From Amoebophrya sp. A120 (lineage: Eukaryota > Protista > Dinoflagellata): a stretch of DNA of 64,000 bases. The stretch covers positions 1 to 64,000 of the forward strand of contig CAJINV010000008.1 in assembly GCA_905178155.1 (NCBI GenBank). The letters run 5' to 3'. Shown in pieces: positions 38,401 through 51,500 of the stretch. Below the pieces are notes generated by a model, which was not told the DNA's origin, made no database searches, and was given only the letters and a program-made list of their open reading frames with translations. Made by a program: the position numbers and the translations under genes. Position 1 is the first letter of the stretch, and each line of letters starts with the position of its first letter.

Positions 38401-41400
38401 GCGTTCTCCGCGCCTCTGCGCACCAGCCTTGACATTGTCACGCCCAGCACCTACGCGTCCAGGAGAAGACTTCCCATCTCGGCGGCGATCTCGCTCTCGA
38501 CTCATACGTTGTGGTCCACCGTCACGCTCCCGGTTAGAAGAAGTATTTTGATTGCTATTGAAGCGACCTCCACCTCTTCCAGGACGAGAATTGGACCTCT
38601 TCTTGTTCCTTGGACTCGCCGCGACGTCCCTCCCGCCCCCTCTGTGATCCTTGCGATGATCTCGTGCGCGGTTATTTTCACCGGGCGGGGGAGACTTTGA
38701 CTGAGTTCTTTGATTCATCATGCGATCACGAAAGCCGCCACGCGTTCCGTCATTGCGCATTTGTACACTGTTGTTGCGATTAAAAGTATTTTTGTGCTCC
38801 ATGTTGGTTCCTCCCCCCCGTCGATCCCGAGAGTCCGCTTTGTTGCGCTGGTCCTTTCGGCCGCCTCGATCGCGACCACCACGAGCATTTTGTGACAACA
38901 TGCCGTTTTGTTTATTCGCGCCCCGATCTCGGGACGAAGTAGCGCGCGGACTGCGGCTCCGGCTGCGCCGCGGCGGGGCGGCCAAGGTTTTACGACGTCC
39001 ACCTCCGCCATAGTTATTGCTCATTCCACCTCCACCGAGAGTTTTACGCCGGTTGCCGCCACGGCCGCGAGGAAAACTGTCATCCCGGTCGGATTGCTGT
39101 TCCCTGGACCTATTACGCTGGTTCCGAGCCTCGTTACTCAGGCTTCGCTGTCCAAACCGCCGACGCGGCGAGGCGTCGCGGCGTTGCTGGTGGTGCGCGC
39201 CGCCGTGGTTCATCTTCTTGCCCCGCTGTTGTACCCCGGAAGCAGAGTATCACAGAGACAAAACCATTTATATATCACAAAAAACTATGCGGGAAATCAA
39301 TCTGTCATCGGCCGCCGCCGCGGCGACCCGATCGTGGGCCGTTTCTGGTGTGGTCGTGCAGGGGCGGCTTATTTCAGCACTGTGTTATGATATTGTAGAC
39401 TTACAGTTACATCACTTAGAGTTAGATTTGCCTTTGCATAATTTACAAATGTGATTTTAGGTTTTTTCTGTTGGGTACAAAGTTGCGTTGGTTTTGACCA
39501 CGCTGGTGTTGTAAAGCGTTGTTGCGGCCCCGCGGGGGCCCTCGGCCAAAACTGGCTCCTCCAAAGGGTCGCGGAATCACGCTTGCCTCGGCCTCGCCAA
39601 AGTCTTGGCTGATGCCGAGACTGCTGCTCCGACTGTGGTGGTCATCTTCGTCTTCATCGTCCTCCCGGTGTTCATCGTCGTCAGATCTCCGTTGTTCTTC
39701 TCCACCTTCCCGGCTATCATCGTCGTCGCTGTGCTGGCCCCCGCCCCCGCGCCGGTCATGATCCTTCTCGAAATCCACTTTTCGCACCTTGTTCCGGCGC
39801 TTGGCGCCGTCGGTACTTTCCGCCCCGTAGTAGTCTTGCACCGAAGGAGAAGATTCCCCCCTGCCTGCAGGAGAGGACCGCTTGTTTTTCGCATCAAACG
39901 GAGAAAAGTGGGCTGCCGAATGTCTCCTCTTGTTCATATTCTTATCGCGGTCCGCGTCCGAGTGCGAGCTGTGGCGGTCCTTGCTTGTACCGACGACTAT
40001 CTGCACTTTCTTCTTTGTCCCGTTGCCCAAATTTTTGGCCTCAACATCGGAAGATTCAGTGTCGTTGTTGTTGGTCCTGCTCCTCCTTGGGAAAGGCGAC
40101 CCGCACCTCCGATTGTTCTGCTGTTCACCTTGATCATGTCCCTCTGCCGCACGCTGATTTTCCGGCTTCCTCAGAATGCTGGTTTTATTCTTTGCGCCCC
40201 CACTGCGGTCATCAAGATGATTTACTTCATCTTCATCATCTTTCTTGTCCTCGTCGTGCTCACTTTCCTCGGAAGAGGAGAGACTTTGATTCTCGCTTGA
40301 ATTATCCTCAGAAGCAGAGCGGTTCGCGTCATCTTGTTCTGGCGCCTCCTTCTTGTTCTGTTCCTCGTCTACGTGGTCATCCTCATCCTTCGCGTCGGCC
40401 AGCGCAGGCTGATCGACCGGCGCTGAAGATTCGGCGGCCTTTTTTGCTGAGCCCGCGATCTCTTGGGCATTCTCTTGAACGACCTCCTGAGCAGCTTCCT
40501 TATCCTTTTTCGTCTTCTGCGCTGCGTCATCATCCTCGGCGCCGGATGGGCCGGCGCTTTCCTCAACGTTGGTCTGTTTTGTAGTAGTCTTCGCGACTCC
40601 ATCTACCACGGACGAATGCGGAGGAGTTACCGTCACAGGACTGTTTAGAGTTGTTTATTTTTGTGTATTCGCTGCCAATGGAATTTATTTTCATTAGATT
40701 CTTCGAAATCAAAATGTTAAAAGTCATGAAATAGAAATCGATTCTCTGTGGCATTGCCTAAGTACTTCGTTGCAGCAACCAGAGACACCAAGAAAAATTT
40801 TTTTACACGAGAATCCACTTCCGACGTAATGATGCAAATCCAAAAACAAAATGTTTTCTTGAAATTGAACAAAAGAGCTGTAGCTGGCTTTGGTTTTTGA
40901 AAGATCTGCTGAATATTGAAATTGAAGATAGACTCAAAATAATGAAAACGAACCTGCTCTGTTGGATTTGCGCGGCCGTGTGTTTTTTGTTCGCAGATGC
41001 TGCCGGCTCTGCTTGTTCCGCAACGCCGACGCTTTCCTGCTTCTGCTTGTTCTGAACAAGAACCTCCTCGTGGGGCGCTTCAGATAACAAGACTGGAGTG
41101 ATAAATTGCGTGGCCGCAAGGGACGTCGAGCCTGTACTCGCTGCAGCAGCAACCGGGATCGGAGCTCCGGAAGCAGGAGTGCCTGCAGTCGAAGAAGCCA
41201 ACACCGGGTGAAAAGTGGACGATAACTGCGCAACTGGCGTGGCCGCCGTAGTACTCGAGGAACAAGCTGCCGCGCCACCGACTACACCTAGTTGATGTAC
41301 ACTTTGGTGCTGGGTTGTAGTAGTTTGCTGCAACTCTACCTTCAACAGCTCGTCGATCACCGCGACTCGTTGGTTACCCAACGAAATTTTCTGGTCCTTG

Positions 41401-41504
41401 AGTTCCTCGAGAAACTTAATTTTCTGGTCCTTGAGTTCCTCGAGAAACTTGTCCTGCGAATTGATCGCGAGCAGCTTCTGCTCCAACAATTTTTTCACGT
41501 CCAT
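32459..41504 (-). CDS. Giant low-complexity protein (probably one multi-exon gene) with RS/RGG segments and a G/N/Q-rich C-terminus
   Basis: Collinear ORFs 40803-41504, 39443-40636, 36739-39213, 33901-36450 and 32705-33712. In-frame GT-AG intron at 40953-40641; final exon YAGGGGNNN...GEGY* follows element 32706-33024. Middle joins not resolved. Confidence 0.6.
32706..33024. mobile_element. Diverged family-A-like introner (319 bp)
   Basis: tatgcattgaaaatatgtctgg ... tcagacacatttgcaaatgtgata; flanks agccc/agcct; removal gives NHGGYAGG. Confidence 0.85.
41385..41450. repeat. Perfect 33-bp tandem duplication (KFLEELKDQKI x2)
   Basis: aattttctggtccttgagttcctcgagaaactt occurs twice in tandem. Confidence 0.9.
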
Positions 41505-42644
41505 CTTGTCCTCCTATCTTTATCTATACCCAATACACGACTGGCACAGAGTTGTTGTCAACAACCGTTCAGTATTGAAAGACGACCGATGAAACAAGAA
41601 AACTTTTATAACATGTTTACAGATTGTATTCACGAAAACCAAAAGTAGGCCGAATACAACTTCTTTCTACTTCAATGTGTACAATAACTACTGGAGAGCC
41701 AACACATTTAGGTCAACATCAAGATCAACGGTTGTTCAACAGAAAATAAGACTCTTGCGGATGCAAAATTCTCAGCCCTACATTTTTTTGCTTTGAACAT
41801 GATAAAAGTTTGGTTCATCGTTTGTTGTTCAGATACAGGCTCGTTACTCTTCAGATTTCGACATTATTGAAAAAATTGGGTGAAAAGTTCGTATTACGGA
41901 CGAGTAGGGAGGTAAAACATACACCGGTCTTCATTAGAGCACATCCAGAAAATCGAAATCATGTCGAATGACGGCGGCAACATGTAGATGTTCCATGTTC
42001 GACTGAAGAACTAGGGAAAAGCTTCTTCGTGATTGTTTGTGTTTTAGTTTTGCGTCATCATGTAGGTACTAGCTACGATAGATTTGTTAGTCGGTGGAAG
42101 TGGATCATATCTTACCAACCAAACATCATGACGTGTCTTCTTTTCGTCTTTGAGGGGAACAAAGTTACGATGTTTACGAGGACTCGGTCGAAGTTAGCTC
42201 AGGCAATCTACTGCCCAACCATCTGAAGCAGTGCATTTTTTTTTTATATTTCTACGTCCCAAGATGCTGACGCAGTGTTGCCTGTATCCAATTACGCTTG
42301 TGTACATTTGTTTGAAAAGAGCTGCAGCATGTACTTCTTATTCTTCGTTCTGGGTGGATGACTTTCTCATAGCATGGCCATGGCTAGCCCTAGCGAACGC
42401 GATCGTGCGAATGCGATGTTGCATAGCAGGAGCCAGCTAGCATAGCCACAATGTACTTATTTTCTCTAGAGCACTTAAGTGGGTAACTTCAACTTGAGGG
42501 AATAAGTGGTAAGACCAAAAACAAAAATTATGCGTAGGGTAGACGCCCTTTATCTTTATGCCTGCTAGATCGATTCTTCACCGAAACAAGAATAACAATG
42601 TGAAATCACAAGAACTACTGGTTCGACTTTTTTAGATTTGGATC

Positions 42645-43886
42645 CTACAAGACGCTCTTGCTGGGAAGAAACGAGAATGCCACGGCTCCGATGAGATGCG
42701 CAAGAATAAGAAAAACTACCATAATGCTCGGGGTACGAGCTAACCCACTGGTTCTAACCGCACTGCTGACGTCATGGCCCGGGACTTGTTTGGACTCGAG
42801 GGCCTCCTGTTCCATCTTTTTGGTCTGCTCGCAGCAGGCCGCTGAACAGCTTGTCGACGTCGAGGAAGCAAAATCTAAAGTTGGGGAAGTGGATGAAGAT
42901 GATGCTCCTCCGCCTCCTGTGTTCACACCCGACGAGGAAGTTGATGCACCACCGCCCACTTCCCCTCTGTTTGCTGTCACACCATTCTCTTCTTCGGGGT
43001 AGCAGGTCACGGAGTAGAAGCGATTGTACGCCGCTCGGCGGCAACCGAGGTCCTCCTTTCCGGTGTGCCGCGATGCCGTCGCCGCGTTTTTTCCGCCGCA
43101 GTCCACGGTGTCGGGGTAGTAAGTGTACCAGGCGTGCGTGAGTCCACAAGTGGTGAGCTTCTTCGAGGACTTCATGGTCTCCGGAAAACAGGTGTCGTCG
43201 ATCCTACCTCGCGCCTCCACCGTGGTCGGAACGCGGCAGTTTGCGTCGAAAAACTCCCGGTAGACCCAGCTCCCCCGCAGCAGCACGGGTTCCAAGCCGC
43301 CGTGCTGCTCTGCGCCGTTGTGCAGGTGGTCGGCGGAGGGATGGGTTTTCTCCTTTTCTCGCTCCTCCAACTGCTTCCAGGTTGCGCACTGGCAGATCGC
43401 ATCGTCCGTAAAGCGAAATTCGTACGCGCACCCGCGGCTGCGGCCGTCGGCGGCGCACGAGTTCGCGAGATCGTCGTAGGCGTCGGTGCAATGGAGGCCG
43501 AAGGAGTGACAAAAATCGTTGCAGGTGTGGGCCACGGTCGCCGAATAGGCCCACTTCGACACCGCGCGGCAGTTCCCGCAGTAGATCTTGGCTCGCTCGC
43601 TGCCGAAGAGGTCCGCAGTGCACTCGGTGACGTTCAGTTTTGCCGGTGTAGTCGTGCTCGTGGTCGGCGTGGTGATCTCGAGCGGGCCTTTAAGCGGGTA
43701 TGCTGCGCCACCAGCACCAGCAGCTGTTCCCGCGGACGTGGACGACGCGCTGGCTGACGGGCCGCCACCTCCGGCACTGCCCCCCGAGACAAAATGAAGG
43801 AAGCGAGCGTGGTCAGGACGGAGCGCGGCTGCGGTAAAAAGCGCCCGCAATACCGACGAAGAACGGGGCGAGCGGATCTTCACCAT
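42645..43886 (-). CDS. Cys-rich secreted/surface protein with hydrophobic C-terminus
   Basis: Intronless 413-aa ORF; signal-like N-terminus; 8-Cys module CGNC...TCNDFCHSFGLHC...DDAICQC; second Cys-rich region; terminal hydrophobic segment. Confidence 0.75.
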   Translation of the reverse strand: MVKIRSPRSSSVLRALFTAAALRPDHARFLHFVSGGSAGGGGPSASASSTSAGTAAGAGGAAYPLKGPLEITTPTTSTTTPAKLNVTECTADLFGSERAKIYCGNCRAVSKWAYSATVAHTCNDFCHSFGLHCTDAYDDLANSCAADGRSRGCAYEFRFTDDAICQCATWKQLEEREKEKTHPSADHLHNGAEQHGGLEPVLLRGSWVYREFFDANCRVPTTVEARGRIDDTCFPETMKSSKKLTTCGLTHAWYTYYPDTVDCGGKNAATASRHTGKEDLGCRRAAYNRFYSVTCYPEEENGVTANRGEVGGGASTSSSGVNTGGGGASSSSTSPTLDFASSTSTSCSAACCEQTKKMEQEALESKQVPGHDVSSAVRTSGLARTPSIMVVFLILAHLIGAVAFSFLPSKSVL

Positions 43887-45597
43887 AGTAAAAAACTTCG
43901 ACTCTGCGATATCGTTCCTCCTACATCTACTTTACCAACATCACCAACAAGCAAAAAGTAACCGATTATAATTGACTATCTCTATCTCTATGTTGACACG
44001 TGCAACGCTTCTTGTTGATGTTTCATCCTGCAAGCTCTTTCCTTACGAAGTCGTGTTCTTTACCGTGCTTCAAGAACTTCCTGAGGAGGGGGATTTTGAT
44101 GGTCTGGTGGTCCATGACCATGTAGGTACTAGGGCTACAAGTCGGGCGCGGGTGTATACTTACTAACTTGATGTTCGTCGGGGTTGGTGGTGGTCCTACA
44201 TACTCTACACATATGGGTCCTGCGAAAATGATATCTGAGACTACATTGGCTGGACGATGTTGCTCCGCTAGGTGCGAGATGGAGAAAAAAAACAGAATAC
44301 GAAGGACAAGCATGTAGTTTCGTTTGTTTCTTCTTCTTCAGGTTGTGATGAAGTTGAGCAAAAAACGAGGTGGACGACCGACGATTGGCTGGACACGATT
44401 TGTGATTCGCGCTTCACGTCGCACGACATCCTCTGCATACATCGTGTACGACACGTATCGATTTTGAAACGTCCGCGCTGCGGGCACGATGCTGAAAAAA
44501 ATGTATCTGTATGATGCATGCGCACTCACGTTTTTCTTTTATTTGTTTGGACTAATCATATGGAGCAATTCGAGGTTTTTCTCATGGAACTAAAGGAACG
44601 AACACTGAAGGGACCGGGCGCTGAAGTTGTTTTATTTTGTCTTTCCTTTTTCATTTTGTTGTTATCCTGTCAATCCAGCGTTTGCCTTCTGATTGGGTGC
44701 GACACGACCGTCATCAATTGCAATTCGTATTCGAAATAAAACCGCGATAGAGAATACAATCAATGTAAATGTTTGAAGAGCGAAGAAGTTTGGCCGGGGT
44801 TCTTGTCTGAGATGTTTCAGTGTGCTGTGCATGTGGTATACTAACTAGGTTTACTTTACTGCATGTGCTGCTTCTAGATAGTGCGCCGAGCTCGAAGCTA
44901 GATGGACGTGCCTTGATCTATCTCTTGTCAAGTACTATCGCTGCGCGATCTGTAGCAGCTGCGCTCCTTGCACACGCAAGGGGAAGATCTTCCATAGTTT
45001 GCGCAGGAGGCGATGTGTGTCAACACAAGTCAATTGATGTGGCTCAAGGTTTACTTCGCTAAATTTTTTATTGATCGCGTTAATATCAATTGTGCCTAAA
45101 AACTTCTAAAAAAACTGCCATTGGTATTTACAAACGATCCCCATGGAAAAAATGCATGTGAGTATCTGTCCCTTTCTTGTAGATTTACGTTATGATCTAT
45201 GAAGAATCTTCTGCAAGAAGTGAAGATACAATACTGCTTAAGCGTGATCTACTGCGCTCCATCGCGTAGTTGCTCCTATACAAAGCACTAAGTTCCACAA
45301 ATTTATTCAGATGACTATGGTATAAAAGTGAATCTAGCGGCGCTTCTACGCCCCGCATTCTAAACATGGTGTTCTAAGCCAACAATCAATGATTGGACAA
45401 TCAGATTCTCGCAAACGAGCTCGCGGCGCCTTCTTCCGACAAACCTCCAACTTGCTCATCTGCTGCTCGGGAGGGAGCAATAACTGCTCTGACCTCGTCG
45501 TCAACCATGGCATCATTGCTGCCAAATACGTCGCCAAGACGGTAAGAAGTAGCAGTGCTGGGGCTTGATGTGAGAGCGTTGTGTCGTCCTCGTCCTC

Positions 45598-47268
45598 CTA
45601 GTCATACTCCGCTCGCACCACAGATTTGTCAACCGGTTCTCTGCTACGAAAGGGGATGATCAGCCTTGGTTTTTTGTTGATCCTCCCAACTGCATCTTGA
45701 TCTTCGCACCGATCTTTCTCGCTTGCCTTGCACGCTGACGCTGTGTTCGTCCCTTCTTGCGCAGTTTCTTCCAGTGGCGGCGCGGCAGTTGCAGCGCGCT
45801 TGCGACAAAAGCTGGCATCCGCATCCCGCTTTATCTTCGCGGACGTGAGATAGAGATCGGCAACTTCTGGTGCATTTTTAGGTTGACCAGCAGTCCCCTT
45901 CGCTTCAATACCGTGTGACAGGAGTGTACTAGTACTAGATGCTCCAGCCGAGTCAGCTTCTTTCCTGTACGAATTTTCTAGCGCGGGTCTCTCCAGCGCC
46001 GCAACTACACTTTTGCTTTTGCTAACTGGGGCAGCGGCCGCGGTAGTTCGGCTTGCAGACTTAGATTGCGAATAAATAAGTGATCGGACGATGTGACATA
46101 CGCTTTTGTCCTTGTCGTCCACTTCGGCAGCGGCTCGAGTGGCAGTTTGTACAGCAGCGACTTCTGGTGCGGGAAACGAATTGAATTCCGCGTTTGCTTC
46201 ATCACTTTCGTCATTATCTAGGCCACCAGCTTCTCCACGAGCTGATATGCGATCTTCGTGCACGAGCGTGCCGACGCCGACTACAGGAGCGTCTGCTGCG
46301 AAAGGATTACTGCCAGGTCGCTGACGCTGTAAAGCCTTTCCGCACAGGTCGCGGGCCGCCACCTTTTGAAGTAGACCCGTTTCCGATGGCAGTGAACGCT
46401 GCGCCAGCTGCTCGTGGCTACGTTGTGGGCACGATCCGCCCGACTGGCTTCTTTGTGCGCTTTCGACATTCTGGGTCCCGCGGATATTGTCCTCTCCCTC
46501 TGCGTCGTCGTTTACTTCATCCAGCTGCGATGGTGTTTGAAGTCCAGTATGACAGCAGGCCTTCGTGTTTTCTTGTCGTCGTTCCCCTCCCGAGCTGCCG
46601 TGAAGATTCTGTTCGCCCCCGCCTATTTCTAGTCCGCGAAACCAGGGGTCTACTTGCACGTCCAGCTCTGATATCTCCACATCGTCACCGCTCTGCCTGC
46701 TGCTCAGCCTATGATCACCTGCAGCAGAATGGTCTTTTTGCGTGTCTTTGAAAAGTCCGGACTTATCTTCCGCCTCAACCTCAAACCCTTGTCCACCTCG
46801 TCCCAAGACCCGGGAGAATATGTCGTTTTGCAGCGCGGTAATGAGTTTCGCCACTGTAATTGGTATCTCGGGTATTTCTGTCTCCACGATAGTTTGCAAC
46901 TCAATCAGACGAGACTCCTGCTGGGCGACAAGCTTCTCCAGATCCTCCTTCTCCCTTTTCAGTTCGTCAAGCTTGTGCTTGTTGCTTGTTCGATTCTTTT
47001 GCTCGAGGTCCAAGGTTTTGTCCCGCAAAGTCGCAACTTCTTGGCGCAGAGCAGCGTTGTCCTGCTCCATGCGCTTTTCCCTCTGCTTGCGAGCTTCTTC
47101 CAGCTTTCTCTGCAGCGCTGCCACCTCATCATCAGCATCCTCATCAGGGAAGTTTCGGCCTAAAGTATCAACAGCGTCCCCGAATAAGGGGTCTTCTCCG
47201 ATGGACGGCAACACAACTCCAGGCTCCTCCTCTTCCCGATGATCACCCTGCTGTACATACGCGGTCAT
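45598..47268 (-). CDS. Hypothetical coiled-coil protein
   Basis: 556-aa ORF with an E/K/L/Q heptad-rich N-terminal region. Confidence 0.7.
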   Translation of the reverse strand: MTAYVQQGDHREEEEPGVVLPSIGEDPLFGDAVDTLGRNFPDEDADDEVAALQRKLEEARKQREKRMEQDNAALRQEVATLRDKTLDLEQKNRTSNKHKLDELKREKEDLEKLVAQQESRLIELQTIVETEIPEIPITVAKLITALQNDIFSRVLGRGGQGFEVEAEDKSGLFKDTQKDHSAAGDHRLSSRQSGDDVEISELDVQVDPWFRGLEIGGGEQNLHGSSGGERRQENTKACCHTGLQTPSQLDEVNDDAEGEDNIRGTQNVESAQRSQSGGSCPQRSHEQLAQRSLPSETGLLQKVAARDLCGKALQRQRPGSNPFAADAPVVGVGTLVHEDRISARGEAGGLDNDESDEANAEFNSFPAPEVAAVQTATRAAAEVDDKDKSVCHIVRSLIYSQSKSASRTTAAAAPVSKSKSVVAALERPALENSYRKEADSAGASSTSTLLSHGIEAKGTAGQPKNAPEVADLYLTSAKIKRDADASFCRKRAATAAPPLEETAQEGTNTASACKASEKDRCEDQDAVGRINKKPRLIIPFRSREPVDKSVVRAEYD

Positions 47269-48523
47269 GTTTCGCTGCTTGCTAAGATCAAATACATGAC
47301 TGCTGACATCGAGGATGCCCCTCTTGGTAAATGCTTATAAAGTGAAGCTGGAGATGAAGATGTTGAACAAGCACAGGGGACGCAGCGAGCTGGACCTACA
47401 ATTCATTATACATCTAGTTGTGACGCTGCGGTGCTGGTACAGCAAAAGATTGATATATTTATCTTGGGTGAAACCGTCGCTGATGCATGAGTGTCTAAGA
47501 CACTCATGCATCATTAATCACTGAAGATGATCAACGACCAAATGAAGATCGAGGATCTTGAGAGAGGTTCGTTTGGCCCCCTCGTTAGTATCCTGATCTG
47601 CCGTAGGTACTGCTTGAACGTGGCGACGAAGATAGAGCAAATCCAAATCGTCCATGGACCAACAACTGGAAAACCTTTTGATCGAGGTCGAGCAACTTCT
47701 TTCTGATCTTGCATACTTAACAACAATCGGACTCCTGATTTCTAACTTTTGAATTTGTCCAGCCGGACGAGGAGGAGCCAAAAAAAGTAAAAGGGCAAAG
47801 CTTGTTTGTCGTGTACTTAAGTACTTCCTAGAAGTAGCAGATGGTGTTGGTGCAAGAATCTTAGTGTTAGTTGAGAACAAGTCGTGGGCGTGGCAATCAC
47901 GCGTCCACATTGCTGCAGGCTTTATTTTGCCGAAGCGGATTGCTTTAGTTTTATCTTCTTCATCAAAGTGCTTACTTCTACGTCGGAAAAAATCAACCAC
48001 CGTGACGACCCGGCACATTTGTCAAGAAAGAGGTTGTTCGGTGCGGCATGTGTGGCGCTAGCACAAGGCTATCAGAAGTTCACGCCCACGAGTCGTGAGT
48101 GTGAACCTCTGATGACACCCATTGTCGTCGCCAAACACTTCAGGCAAATAGAAATGGTTGAAGATGTAGATGATGAGAAGTGTCCAATCGAAAGGAAAAC
48201 TCAAATCGAGCGTAAAACAAGTTGTGAGACAGTCGAAGCAGTAAAAAATACTTGGTATATCAACTGCGTGGCTTTCGTGAAGTCATATCAAAATGTACTG
48301 GATAACATCACAGAATGGAACGTCGGCAGGAATTCTGGTGAGCTGATCCGCGCGCTGAAAGAAAAATCGCAATTGCAATTATCGAAGTGACAGCAGCCCC
48401 AGCGCATCAGCTTCAGTCTGTGCACGCAACGACAAGAACCACCATGACGTCGACCAAGAAGCCATGTGTTCATCCGCTCGCGGCACCCGTGGTCTACTAC
48501 TGCTCTTTTCTTGCAATAATTTC

Positions 48524-51500
48524 TTAATGGAGCCGTTTGTCGAAAGGATCGTGTGGGTTCATCTTTTTCTTCTGAAATTTCGAGAGCGCTCCGCCCATTC
48601 CCTTGTGGATGCCCTTCTTTTCTTCCTCCGCCTCGAACGCGGCGTAGAGGCGTTCGGTTCGCTCCTTGGCGGCCTGCTCCCGCGTGGCCCGTGCGTCTTT
48701 GATTTCCTCCTCCTTGAGCTTCTCGAGGCGCTCCTTGTCTGCGGTACTGAGGAACCCGGGAACGTGGTACGTGTCCTCCACCACTTCCTCGTCCTCGTCG
48801 TCCAAGTCGGCCAGATCGATTTCCTCATCACCGAGAATGCGGGGTCGCTTCTTGTTGGCGGCCTTGTCCCCGGTCGCTTTCTTGTTCGCGGCCTCGCCTG
48901 CCGCTGTTCCAGTCGTGTTGAGGCCCGCACTGATTTCGGCCTTCTTGGAAATGACGCCGGTGCGGCTCTGCAGCAGACTGCTGCCCACGGCGTCCTCGTA
49001 GTAGCCCAAGCCCTTGATTCCCGTCTTGAACACGTAGCCGAGCTTGCTGCCGCCGAAAGTGTCGCACGGCTCGAAGAAGGCGTCGCGCTCCCGCTGGTTC
49101 ACGCCCAGCTCCTCCAGCAGTTTGTTGCGCTTCTGCAGGAAGGCCGCCGTCTCCGGGTTGCTGAGCCCGGCGTTCGCGAGGCTCTGCTGCTGGAGCAGCT
49201 TCTGCTGCTGCGCCGCTTGCTCGGCGTTCTCCATGGCCTGCTCCGCCTCCGCCATCGGGTTGAGAGAGACTTTGTCCTTCAGCTCGTCCAGTTGGCTTGT
49301 AATATCCGGCGCGTTGAAGTGGACCTGCGGAAATTGCAATTTTTTGATCTAGTGATTTCATTAGAAAAACATAAATAAAGACAAACTCCATACTGTAACG
49401 GTCCTCAGGCTCGTCGGGCAATAGACGAGGACTACGAGGAGTTTCTACTCCAGGGGCAAGGATTTGAAACTTTAATGTAGTTCCCGCCCAAATCTTGTTA
49501 GTCATTGCTGAGAAGGAGAGCTCAGACCGGCGCAAAAAAGAAACACAACGATATAATTCTCCAGCATCAACCACGTCGGCAAGAAGATCATACCTGTGCG
49601 TACGCAGCCTCGACGGAGCGTTGGATTCTTCGCATTTCCTTGAAGGTCTCGGCGTTGCCGTGTCGCATCTCGAACGTCTGCCATATTTCCCAGAATTTCG
49701 GGTACTTGCGCGGGTCGCAGTATTGAGAAATGTGCTCGTAGATGACGCGTGCCCGAGCAAGCTCTCCGAACGAGTTTTCCAGTTCGGCAAACAACAATCC
49801 AAAATGAATCAGGCCATCGCCCTCTGGAAGAGTATCTACAGCAGCTTTGAGCACATTCCTGCAATTGTTTTTGAAGACGTATCGTGATCAGGTACATAAT
49901 ATCATTCATTGTGAACAACGAAAAAGCTCGCCTTATCATGTCGTGTGCGAGGGTGAGGTGAAGGTGGCGCGGACAAACAAAAAACAGCGTGTTGAGGCGA
50001 TCGCGATCGTGAAAATAATTAGACAACATTAAGCTTTCATCTTGCCAACGCCTGTCGTGAAAGAAAAACAGATATCTTGTTCATAAATCTTCTGCAACAA
50101 AAAAAAATGGCGGTATCGTTGAAACAATGCGCTGTACCTGGCCACATCGCCGCCCTTGATTTCTCCCGTTCGGACTAAGAGCAGCGTCCACATCTTCAAT
50201 TGCGCGGAGGGGTCCTTGTGCACCGCCTCGCACGCCTGTTGGTAGATGGAGAGGGCCTTCTTGGCGAGCCCGTACCGCTCCTCGAGCTTTCCGTAGAGCA
50301 CGTGCAGGCGCATCTGCATTATTTCGCTGCTAGAGCAGGCCTTGATCGCTTCTTCGAACAGGTCGCGACTGCGCTCCAGCTTCTTCGCCTTGTAGCGCGT
50401 GACGAACTTGCGCAGGTAGAAGAGCCACAGGTCGAAACAGTGCGGCTGCTTGAAGAGCGTCACGCCCTTCTCGTAAACCTTGAACGCCTGCTCGAAGTAC
50501 TTGCGATCTTCCAGGTAGTGCGCGAAGTTGATGATGACCTGCGGCGTCGCGATTTTCAGGTCGATCATCTTTTCGTAGGTGGCCTTCGTCGTTTCGAACG
50601 TGCCAAAATTCTCCTCCAGGTCCAACGCCAAGTACCACAGCTTTTTCGATCGCACCGACTTCATGCGCGCAATGTTCGTCGCCCGCTCCTGCCGGTCGGT
50701 GGGCTGCGTGATGCTCGCGCGGGCCAGGTTCAGGGCCTCTTGAAAGTTGTCGTGCCGCAGCTCCATCTCGATCCACTCGCACCAAATGCTAGCGAGGTCG
50801 TCGGCGTGGGCAAAGTGTACCTTCACCGCCTCCTGGAAAAGGTCCCGCACATTCAGAGACAGGTCCCCCTCGTCCTGCTCTTCGAAAAACCGGGCAAACT
50901 GGACCCACAGATCCTGGATCTTGCCTGTGCGTTGCGATAGTGGGAAGTTTGTTTTCAACATATTTTTGCCGGAACTTCGATAATTCCGATGTAGAAGTTA
51001 TAGGTATCGGCAGCCTCATCATCATACTCAGAGATACAGAACAAGATCATGCGTGATCAACATAGGTGGCGCTAGCGTAGCGCTGCTATGGGTGCCATGA
51101 GTGGAATGCATTGATGGTAACGCTGCAAAATAAAACACGATGTACATCAGCGAGCTCGACGTTCGATACCAGATCCAGATTGGATGCAAACAATACGTAG
51201 AAACAAAAAAACGCGAAGTTGGAAGTTTGTTTGTTGATGTTGTACTTGTACACGGCGCAAAAAACTATACAAGTCCAAATTGTAACATGAACAGTTCTTC
51301 TTTTACCTATGCACTTCTTCGGATCGATGGCAGCTACGGCTTCTTTGTAGGTCTGCACGACCATTTCGAGGTTGTCGCGTTCCTTGTAGATTTCCACTCG
51401 TTTGAGCCACTCCGCGACCACGTGCGGATTCTGGCGCAGCAAAACCGAGTTCAACAGCAGGGGGCGGTTGTCCATTAGATCTTCGAGGATGGCGAACTGG

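Noticed and set aside
47884-48390. Plus-strand 168-aa ORF as a gene or TE relic
   Set aside because: No recognisable motif, opposite to the block orientation, and no supporting boundaries.
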